NCBI GenBank assembly: GCA_964016885.1
Contig: OZ024740.1
Location: 303,428,001-303,492,000 of the forward strand
From: Eledone cirrhosa
Taxonomy: Eukaryota
Direction: 5' to 3'
Length of the DNA: 64,000 nucleotides
Part shown: positions 56,701-64,000 of the stretch, one piece after another
Position numbering within the stretch: position 1 is the first letter of the stretch
Layout of the letters: each line of letters starts with the position of its first letter
Notes under the pieces: model-generated
Told to the model about the DNA's origin: nothing
The model's input: the letters and a program-made list of their open reading frames with translations, nothing else
Databases searched by the model: none
Translations under genes and position numbers: made by a program

Positions 56701-59700
56701 GTCTGACCCTCTACCGATACTGCCAATAGGGGGGAATAAGCAGGCAGTGGGGAATAAGTGGGGCAGTTGGAAAAAGCACAAGAGGACGAATAAGCAGGGA
56801 GGCTTGTAAAAAAAAAAAATTTTTTTTAAGCTAGTTTTTCTAGGTTGTCCATGTTTTTTAAAAAAAAAACAGAATTGGTTGTTTAGTTTACATAGAGACC
56901 CCCCAACCCATCCTTATTTATCTTATAATTGTTTCTACTTTAGGCACAAGGCCAGCAATTACCCAGTGCATTACTGGTACTTTATTTTATCGACCCCGTA
57001 AGGATGAAAGACAAAGTCAACCTCGGCGGGATTTGAACTCAGATCGTAAAGGGACATAACTATGGTGGAAAGCATGGCATCCGACTCTCTACTGATACTG
57101 CCAATCCACTGGTATTTCTTGTAATATATATATATTTTTTTTTGTTGTTGGAAATAGATTAACAAAATTTGATAAGTGGTGGGGGTGAAAAAAAACCTAA
57201 AAAATTAAAAAGCAGGGTGGGGGGATGATTATTCAAGACCCAAGAATACCTTATTCTTGAAGGAAAGAAATAACAGGCAAATCTCCCCCCAAACTTCTTT
57301 TAAACTTTCTTAATAACAGGCAAATCTCCCTCAAACCATTCTTTCAAACCTATCTTACTTATTTATATCTTTCTTTTTTTTAATGAGCTTCAGAATCTTT
57401 GGAAAAAAGATGTTAGACATTATATAAAAAAAGATTTTGTGTGGTTAAGGAGTTTGAAACACAACTGAGTGGTTTTGGTCTCACTTTTGCTGTATATCAT
57501 CATAGCATCAGATTAAATTTGGCAAACTGGAACTATAGAAGTCCATCATATATATATATATATATATAATAATAATAATTCAAATTTCTGTAAGTATATC
57601 CATATGGCTTTGGCAAATATGAATATAGTACTTCAATATGAAAGTTAGTAAATTTCAAAATCAAACGTCATTGCAAGTTTGTATAGTTTTCATTTTAAAA
57701 AGACATTTTTTTTCTTTTAATTTTCATTCTGTAAGAATGTTATTTATACAATTGCGAACTTCAGAAAATAAAATGTTTCTTAATATATTATGCATTGTAA
57801 GTGATTTGTGCAAAGTGTGCTCCTAGAATAGAGGCTATAGAGTATGAGAATCTATTAAAAAAATAACTTTTATTAAAAAATCAACACTGAAGGTGTTGTG
57901 TCAGGCTGTTTCAATTATGTTTCTGCTTATTACTAGTTTATATACGATTTTTGCTTAATTAAGTAGGGATCAGCATTTTGTAGAGAATAAATGCCTTATA
58001 AAATTAAACAGCAAGATGAAAGTTTATGTGAGTTGTTCTTATTTGAATATCAAAAATATACTTTTCCCTTATCATATATTTGAATACATCGATAGATACA
58101 TTACAAGACACATGCACACAGACAGACTTACACTAGCAGAAAACTGTCCAAAGGGCAATATATCCACTAGTATATCATCATCATCATCAGTATTGTTTTT
58201 ATGTCTGCTTTTCCACGCTTGCATGGGTTGGACGGGTTCATCTCAGCATGGTATCTCACTTGTTAACCCACTACATCTGTTGTGTACCCAAGATTTACAT
58301 TGTGTACATCGCATGGAGTTTATGCCTACTCCCTTTCTACATATTGAGTAGGGCCACTTCCCTGAAGGAATCAGGGTCCTATCTTCTCCCCTATTCAATA
58401 GCATGGAAGCAAAGGGAGATTGATGTGTCTGCTCCTATTTGACCAGAGATTGTAGTTGTGCAATTGAGCTACAGTGTTCATTATGATGGTGATGTGATGA
58501 TTCCTTGGGTAAATGATTTACCTTGATCACATAGGTAATGAAATAAAAATAAAATCGCTACTTATCATAGTACCAGCACTAGGAAATTGATAATGTCTTT
58601 GGCACAACTAAAGAATCCTCCCTACCCTTTGTTTGGCAAGTTTTCCACAGTTGGATCCCCTATCACCAACGATTTTACAGGGTGTACTGGGTTTGTTTTA
58701 TGTGTGTGTATGTCCCATAACCTAGTGGTTCGACAAAGACATCGATAAAATAAGTAGCAGACTTGAAAATATAAGTACTGAGGTTGATATGATCAACTAA
58801 ACCACTTCCAAACGATGCCACAGCATCACTGCATTCAACAACAACCCTGAGCACCTTTTTGATCTCCCATGTGTCTAACACACATGGACATGCCTACAAA
58901 GTTAGAAAACAGCACAGCTCCCATGACTTTTGGAAACATTTTTTCACACTTAGAGTTGCTGAAGCATGGAACAAAACTGCCTGCGTCAGTTGTTAGCTGC
59001 CGAGACATTACATCCTTTAAAACCCTCATGCTTCCCGAAATTCGCCAAAACTACACCTGATGTCCCCCTTCCATACACACGTGTATATCATGACTCGTGC
59101 ACTGTTCATTTTCCTGACGTTTGTACATTACCCTATGTACTATACATACACTTTTTGATGAGTTGTAGTGCACCTGAGCACTGTACACAATATTTTCATT
59201 ATTATTATATTAAATGACTGAAACTAGTAAAAGAATACAGAAACTGATTAAGGTTAGAATCAATTGCAATACAATGTATTGTTTCGGTTTTAACACCGCC
59301 CCAGTGCGGGATTTACAATTGTGCTTAAGCACAGGGCCCCGGTAGAGGGGCGGGAGGGCATCTTCCTACCAAACGAAATTTTTTATGATGAATTTTTCTA
59401 ATGTTTGGGGCCTCATAACTTAATTAGCACAGAGCCTCATTTGTCCTAAATCCGGTACTGCACCGCCTCGACATAGGAGTAGAGTCTGTCACCCTTTCCC
59501 CTCTATTTCTTACGTTGCTTACTCTTTCCCTCCTTTTCCTTTCAATTATAGTCCTTTCCTTTACTATACAGCCAGATCTGCCCTTCTTTATCCTCCTGCC
59601 CTTTTTCTGCATTATTTATATAATTAATTATGAAAACTTAAATTATTTACAAAAATAAAAAAAAATCATTTAAAATATTGAAATATAATTTCAAGCGATA

Positions 59701-62586
59701 TTGTTATAGCTTGAAATTATATTTCCTGATAGCGGTTCGTTTGCCCATCCCTTTCGCTTGCCTTTTGTTGTATGTGATCCTAGATGAGTGTATTACTTGC
59801 ATATGTGTGTATGTGTGTGTGTGTATTTCCTTTCCCTCTTTCTTTTTATTTGTAATATTATGATGTCGGTAATATTGACAAATAAAGTTTTGTCATCGTG
59901 TTAATAAATTACTCTAAACTTCAAACGTGTAACGAATAATCCAGTTGTAACATAAGTGAATAGATGGAATTGTTGGTATGATGGTTTCAATGCAAAGAAT
60001 AATACCAGGATTGTGTTGTTACAATGTTTATTTTATATAACAATATTCAATTTGAATATTGAATGATAAAATCTATAACATGAAATATTCGTACAATAAT
60101 TTGGTGGCTTTTCGAGCCACGTAAATAAAAGTATCACAGAATACGATTATAATATAGTTTGTATTGTATCTATACAATGTGACAAACAGAAATGGTGCGT
60201 GTGAAATGAAAAGTGTGAACTTACTATGTGTGCGTGTGTGCGTATTAGTATACTTTCTTGTTTTACCAGTAGTAGTAATCAGGCGTTTAAGGCGTGTGAG
60301 AAAATAGTGGACAGACGTTTTTCGTGAAGGGAGATTTGATAACGTAGGTGAAATGTCCGTTCTTGTCTGTGGTATAACTTTTTCTCCGGGGCGTAAAAAA
60401 CACCTGTATTTATAAGGGTTGAAGTTAGAAGGATAGATATATCCTCTGACCTTTGGTTAGAATCTCCCAAGGGGTTGGTCTGCCGGGCGTAAACAACTTA
60501 GAAGGATGGATATATCTAACCTCTTTTTTTTGCCAGGCGTTAACAACATCTGACCTGTGTTTAGCATCTCTCAAGGGGTTGGTCTGCCGGGCGTAAACAA
60601 CTAACCACGGCTTGTCCCAGAGGCGGGAAAGCTCAGATTCGGTTTCGAATCTTCGCCGCCGTTATAAACGCAAAGAAAATATATATGTATGTGAAAAACG
60701 AAAAGTATTGTAGCTCTTAATCTAATTCTAATCAATTTCTGATTGGAAAAAAAAATTTCTTTTAGCAAATTTTGAAAACCAAAGACAGTTTTTACTTTAA
60801 AAAGAAAAGACAATATAAAAAAAAATTATGAATTTTATAAAATCATTACTAAACGAATTACGGCACCTAATCAAAACATACCGTCTTTAGAAATGACACG
60901 TTGCATAACGTGGTCCTAGGGTTCCTGTACAGAGAGGTAAAAGAGGATGGTCATGGCTGGAATGTCTTTGAGAATAGGTCTGCTTGATCAGGATCGAACT
61001 GGAGCTAAACAAACTTAAGGGGTTAACAAATAAGTTGTAAGTCTATCATCGCCTTAGACCACTCAGCCAAAACGAGGAAGGCCTCGACAGTATCCTTCAA
61101 CGTGCTAGAAGTAGCAATGAAACCTCCCTAAAATAACACCCTACTACTTGAAAAATGAAAGAACACAATAGATTGTGGATAATTTAGTACCAGATACACT
61201 ATGTTTGGAAAATAAAGATGAAATGATCCCAGCTTGAACGCCTTTGTTCCTAGGTGTATTGCAACGGAGCTGACCTAGAGCTAATCACAACCACCACCAC
61301 CTCTTTTTAAAAAATGGTAGGATATATTGAATAATCTGGTCAAAGATTCACCAACCCAACCAAAAATATATATATATACTTTCAAAACTTACCAATCATC
61401 ATAATTAAAACCAGCTTCATATCCAAATTTCTATGTCAAGAAAAAGATATTCTAAACATTGCTGTTATAATTATAGTATACTATGGGGCTAACCTATAAA
61501 TGTTCGCCGTTGCTGCATGTTTAAACTAATTATAATTAAATACATTGAGCAGTTGTAAAAGGCACTATGCACATAAATCTAGGGCCGCGTTATACAATTT
61601 GTCGTTTTAGACGGTAAAGCATAATTTCAGGCAAATATTCGTTTTAGTGTGGATTTAGAAAAAAAAGCTTCTAACTTCGTTTATTATGTTGTAAAAAAAA
61701 GTGTTGGCTGCATCTCCAAGCCGTTGTTAGAATAACCATTGCATAAGGCATTTTTAAACAATAGACAGCAGTCTGTCTCCGAAGTCTCTTATTCGCTGTG
61801 TCAATAAAATAGAGTATTGGCAGTATTGTTGAAATTTTTCCTTATTTCATACCTTGACTTGCGAAGAGAATTTGAAATTAAAGAAAAAAAAATAACGAAA
61901 ATAAAGTAAATAACGGACAGAAGAGTACCGGTTACGTATTACTATATATCATTCAGTCGGATCCATCAATTTTTTTTTTTTTTTACGATCATAACGTGAC
62001 CAAAGCATGGTTATTAACTACCAGTGTATCAAATGTTAACATAAGTGTCAGAGCGAAAAACACCGAATAAAGGAGAAACAATTGCTTTTCTTCTAAATAA
62101 TGGTCTTCTGCATAGCGAGGATACGAATCGCACAGAATACTATTGTTTATTATTTGTAATAATTAAATATCACTTTCACTATTTGCCCGGGAAACACCCT
62201 ATTTTAACAAGAAAACAAAAAAAGCGCCAACTTCCATATATAGAAAGTATAGTTTGTGTGTGTATACATGTGCTTGATGGACAGAAAAATAAAATAACGT
62301 GTTAGAGACTGGAAACTACCTCATGATATTTAAAGTGGCGTGGAAAAATTAAAAATAATAAAGTATCAGATTAAATAATTTGTTCACGGGTTTGCGTGTG
62401 TGTATTTGTGAATGAAAGAACGACCGGCATTTATCAGACACCGACCTAGAAACCACGTTGGCAAATAGGATAACACACAATGGGAAAATATAATTGGAAT
62501 TATTTACTGATAATACTTACTTTGTGTCCATGGTAATCATCAACAACTGACTCATCACGACGTGCTTTAGGGTAAGAAAACTTCAT
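11318..62586 (-). CDS. PREP: Prolyl endopeptidase (prolyl oligopeptidase, S9A), whole gene span, 20 coding exons, ~708 aa
   Basis: Exons assemble with GT-AG junctions and matching phases to 2127 nt. Motifs: [42 protein letters not shown] (Ser), DHDDRV (Asp), AGHG (His). Confidence 0.96.
12525..12593 (-). CDS. PREP: PREP exon 19 (catalytic His)
   Basis: [23 protein letters not shown]; tgcag/gtaagt. Confidence 0.95.
13208..13560 (-). mobile_element. Mariner 3' remnant
   Basis: Minus strand [18 protein letters not shown]; terminus tacaagagtcagctgaaaagtt; shorter relative near 19350-19430. Confidence 0.7.
14082..14238 (-). CDS. PREP: PREP exon 18 (catalytic Asp)
   Basis: YSPLHNI...[29 protein letters not shown]; attag/gtaaga. 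Confidence 0.95.
14682..15003. mobile_element. TA-flanked Tc1/pogo-like MITE (representative copy)
   Basis: TIRs tactctcgggtc...gacctgagagta; copies near 992-1365, 6373-6892, 9624-9900, 12708-13020, 20597-20863, 56730-57249. Confidence 0.75.
15479..15580 (-). CDS. PREP: PREP exon 17
   Basis: [24 protein letters not shown]...; ttcag/gtaaga. Confidence 0.95.
16667..16762 (-). CDS. PREP: PREP exon 16 (catalytic Ser)
   Basis: [32 protein letters not shown]; tgaag/gtaagt. Confidence 0.95.
16850..17230. repeat. Degenerate minisatellite filling PREP intron 15
   Basis: Repeated caggtaacaacctgtagtggtattataaggtagtgggtgtg; relatives near 14650-14680 and 15003-15080. Confidence 0.85.
17288..17404 (-). 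CDS. PREP: PREP exon 15
   Basis: [35 protein letters not shown]; gctag/gtaagt. Confidence 0.95.
17460..17640. repeat. ~41-bp tandem repeat
   Basis: gaagcctaaattaagctacatacatatgaaagat, about 4 copies. Confidence 0.85.
17639..19156 (+). mobile_element. 5'-truncated RTE-type LINE (RT + PHD finger + 3' UTR, (GAT)n tail), copy 1
   Basis: ORF 17646-18761 with [12 protein letters not shown] (degenerate YADD), [21 protein letters not shown]; small in-frame deletions relative to copy 2. Confidence 0.92.
19758..19906 (-). CDS. PREP: PREP exon 14
   Basis: [27 protein letters not shown]...ANIRGGG; tttag/gtaagt. Confidence 0.95.
20946..21059 (-). CDS. PREP: PREP exon 13
   Basis: [38 protein letters not shown]; aacag/gtaaga. 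Confidence 0.95.
21232..21463. mobile_element. Second piggyBac-like TTAA MITE family (representative copy)
   Basis: aaccctttagttacc...catgaaagggttaa; related copies near 2750-3563, 15714-16078, 31679-32197, 41888-42256, 47614-47851, 51120-51500, 55808-56015. Confidence 0.75.
21490..21742 (-). mobile_element. tRNA-derived SINE with CORE-like domain (representative copy)
   Basis: ggcacgtggcctagtggtaag head and gtgttcttgagcaaaacattt core; copies near 1610, 7712, 15250, 23490, 30680, 35627, 50195. Confidence 0.8.
21873..21953 (-). CDS. PREP: PREP exon 12
   Basis: [27 protein letters not shown]; tgtag/gtaggt. Confidence 0.92.
22040..23460 (-). mobile_element. Old, degraded RTE-like LINE
   Basis: Pyrimidine-rich on plus strand; minus-strand remnants of [13 protein letters not shown]...WKK and GRPRKTW. 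Confidence 0.7.
23875..23979 (-). CDS. PREP: PREP exon 11
   Basis: [35 protein letters not shown]; tctag/gtgtgt. Confidence 0.92.
24579..24683 (-). CDS. PREP: PREP exon 10
   Basis: [35 protein letters not shown]; aacag/gtaatt. Confidence 0.93.
24855..24950 (-). CDS. PREP: PREP exon 9
   Basis: [32 protein letters not shown]; ttcag/gtaatt. Confidence 0.93.
26139..26188 (-). CDS. PREP: PREP exon 8
   Basis: [16 protein letters not shown]; ttcag/gtaaat. Confidence 0.9.
26271..26375. repeat. Near-perfect 105-bp palindrome
   Basis: 52-bp arms, 3 mismatches, 1-nt centre. Confidence 0.95.
26437..26552 (-). CDS. PREP: PREP exon 7
   Basis: [38 protein letters not shown]; tatag/gtaaga. Confidence 0.94.
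28560..30291 (-). CDS. Putative alternative PREP exon encoding an N/S/Q/Y/P-rich low-complexity region (terminal exon, or cassette ending at 28702)
   Basis: Acceptor ttcactcttttccattcag|G at 30292/30291, in frame with exon 6; 576 stop-free codons in AT-rich intron DNA; includes track ORF 28560..30197. Confidence 0.6.
31346..31485 (-). CDS. PREP: PREP exon 6
   Basis: [34 protein letters not shown]...EPKWK; ends in phase 2 (AT|gtaag). Confidence 0.94.
32242..32343 (-). CDS. PREP: PREP exon 5
   Basis: [34 protein letters not shown]; ttcag/gtaagt. Confidence 0.94.
32810..33122. repeat. 36/72-bp tandem repeat
   Basis: taatggaatgtgtaagactgttaatgtagttaacatatat units. Confidence 0.85.
33148..33316 (-). 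CDS. PREP: PREP exon 4
   Basis: [26 protein letters not shown]...GSDWITIQ; tctag/gttggt. Confidence 0.94.
34729..34824 (-). CDS. PREP: PREP exon 3
   Basis: [32 protein letters not shown]; ttcag/gtcagt. Confidence 0.93.
35114..35283. repeat. Inverted repeat, 39-bp arms with ~92-nt spacer
   Basis: gtttgttaattcaaatgtttatagtattttactagtgga / tccaccagtaaaatactataaacatttgaattaacaaac. Confidence 0.9.
36172..36299 (-). CDS. PREP: PREP exon 2
   Basis: [24 protein letters not shown]...; tctag acceptor, gtttgt donor. Confidence 0.94.
36376..38105 (-). mobile_element. Decayed hAT (Charlie/Buster-like) DNA transposon
   Basis: Frameshifted transposase pieces [39 protein letters not shown]; TIR-like cacaggttctcaac at ~36376. 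Confidence 0.85.
38262..40434 (-). mobile_element. 5'-truncated RTE-type LINE, copy 2 (frameshifted)
   Basis: ORFs 39048-40304 and 38645-39064; [20 protein letters not shown]; (GAT)n tail; no endonuclease domain seen. Confidence 0.93.
40843..41030 (-). mobile_element. tRNA-derived SINE with Meta-like central domain (representative copy)
   Basis: B-box gagttcaaatcc and gcctttcatccttacggggtcgataaaataaagtacc; 16-bp TSD tgaaaaggttaataat; copies near 6630, 35415, 45700, 50740, 56546, 56927. Confidence 0.85.
41270..41750 (-). mobile_element. RTE/BovB-like LINE 3' fragment
   Basis: Minus strand [29 protein letters not shown]. Confidence 0.75.
42623..43857. repeat. Minisatellite of 60/72-bp units (continues 45140-45295)
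   Basis: Repeated tatgtgaggtaaagcctttaccatgaaaatataatagtatatatagagtaatgtaaatgt, roughly 20 units. Confidence 0.95.
43858..45139 (-). mobile_element. 5'-truncated RTE-type LINE, copy 3, inserted in a satellite
   Basis: Nearly identical protein to copy 1; flanked by tagtat at 43852-43857 and 45137-45142 (probable TSD). Confidence 0.92.
48322..48630. repeat. ~94-bp tandem repeat
   Basis: ctccctactgtcttaaatttagaaaacac occurs 4 times. Confidence 0.9.
48645..48872 (+). mobile_element. Helitron 3' end
   Basis: GC-rich hairpin cccgagcaacgccggg shortly before ctag|t; 5' boundary uncertain. Confidence 0.6.
48955..49390. repeat. ~140-bp tandem repeat x3 derived from LINE/SINE tail sequence
   Basis: gttggtgataggaagggcatccagccatagaaagcttgccaaat repeated. 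Confidence 0.85.
49774..50002. mobile_element. Unexpanded ~230-bp TTAA MITE
   Basis: ttaaccctttagcg...aaaaggttaa; contains a single copy of the satellite unit. Confidence 0.75.
52370..53350 (-). mobile_element. Degraded LINE, further RTE-like family
   Basis: [24 protein letters not shown]; other fragments near 12165-12400, 19505-19690, 25755-26120, 35880-36085, 46890-47340, 54238-54420. Confidence 0.7.
55088..55363 (-). mobile_element. 3' UTR-only fragment of the same LINE family
   Basis: Near-identical to 43858-44135. Confidence 0.85.
58850..59215 (+). mobile_element. CR1/L2-like LINE 3' fragment
   Basis: [18 protein letters not shown] motif; second copy near 25190-25420. Confidence 0.65.
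59302..59460. mobile_element. hAT-type MITE
   Basis: TIRs cagtgcgggattta / taaatccggtactg; 8-bp TSD caccgccc / caccgcct. Confidence 0.8.
62521..62586 (-). CDS. PREP: PREP coding exon 1
   Basis: [22 protein letters not shown] followed by gtaagt donor. Confidence 0.92.
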
Positions 62587-64000
62587 ATCGAAGCGGTAGG
62601 TAGGCTGCAAATGACACAATGAAATAATGATAATACAGATTAGGCAGTTAAGTGGTGTGCGCATTCTCTCTCATCACTTCCGCTTTCTAAATCCTTACCC
62701 TCCTACTTTGACCAAAAATCTTACAGCAAGATGTGCAGTGTTTTTCATTTAATATTTAAATTAATATGATTTTCTTTTTTACATCAATGTGATACTTTAA
62801 TATGTGAAGTTGTATCTTCTTCTATGGCACCAAGTACTGCTAGAATTCAAACGGGACCATATATTCGCTTTGTCCATAACTTACTGTTGGACTACACATA
62901 ATGTCTCGATTTTTCAAATGCAATAATAGTGTTTAGTAATGTTTCTGATGTTTATAACCACAGTGCTGGTTCAAGCAGTTGAGTATAAATCTTTAGGGAA
63001 TGAGTGGTGAGTAGTATCTGAGAGGTTTGGAGGCGTTAATACCGTAAATTAAACAAAGGTAAGCCTTGGTGTACTCAATGACACGTACGCAGAAAAACTT
63101 CTTTATGAATTGAAATTTCCATTTTTTTAAAAAAGAAAACAAAAGCTAAAAACTCACAAAAATAAGGCAAGAAATTTTCAAAAAATTAGGTTCTAGTTTT
63201 AAAAATTTAATTGTTATGCCTTTCTTACACTAACATTTTGAGCTAGATTTCCTTGAGCGCCTGTGCGACTTTTGCTGTAACATAGCAGACGACTTTACAA
63301 AAAATGTTATACGCAGAATAGAGTTCCTTGTAGAATATCGAAGCCATTGAACTGTCAGAAGAAATGACTCATTGAAGGTAATGACTAAACCAGTGATAAC
63401 CGGATATATTTATTACCATTATATATTCTAATTATATTATGGTATAATGCCTCGTACAGAATGAAAATGAAGCTGCCTGTGTATTAAAAGAAAGGGTGCA
63501 TCTAATGATCTAAGACCAATGGGCATCACGTTCAATGGCTTGGCCATGTGTGCAAATGAAACCTTCGGTCAATACGAGGAGGTGCTGAAAAGTTCTTAGA
63601 TTGATCGCTGCTACAGAGGCCTGGCTGGATGCCCTACCTTCCGAGTTCTTTTTACGGGGTTTAGAAAAACTGGAGGACCGCTGCAATATGTGTGTGAATA
63701 AAATCATGATTAACTGATCCTGGAGCTAGGGAATCTAATAATTATTTTATTTTACATTAAAAAACATTACATATGACCAGTGGCGAACTGGCCAGGTTGC
63801 CCAATGGCAAGTGGGCGCCAGGGGGCCCACGGTAACATTGAAGAGCCCACAGTAGCAATGCTTTGCTTTAAAAAAATACCTGAAATCTAAGAGAAAGAAT
63901 AAAAAAAATGTTTAAATAAATAAAACAATTAAGCAAAGCATTTTGTCAACCAATTCCCCAGGAAATTACTAAAAACCAAAGTATACGATAGTGCAAATAG

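Overview
This is AT-rich, intron- and repeat-dense animal DNA, not prokaryotic. The SINE/LINE/MITE complement suggests a cephalopod such as octopus (inference), so most short ORFs in the track are spurious. The window holds the last four coding exons of a gamma-glutamyltranspeptidase (GGT7-like, + strand, 708-3888). Convergent with it is a complete 20-coding-exon prolyl endopeptidase gene (PREP, - strand, 62586 to 11318, 2127 nt / 708 aa by my exon assembly, all GT-AG introns with consistent phases, catalytic S/D/H present). Introns contain RTE-type LINEs with a PHD finger inside the RT, a decayed hAT transposase, mariner, CRE and Helitron remnants, two SINE families and several MITE families. 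The main finding is a ~1.6-1.7 kb open, N/S/Q/Y/P-rich (prion-like) exon candidate in PREP intron 6. It has a good acceptor exactly in frame with exon 6, predicting either a catalytically dead PREP N-terminus fused to a low-complexity tail or a 530-aa in-frame cassette. Other findings are a satellite born inside a piggyBac-like MITE and then hit by a LINE, and several intronic dsRNA-forming structures. Coordinates were read by eye; repeat boundaries are approximate.
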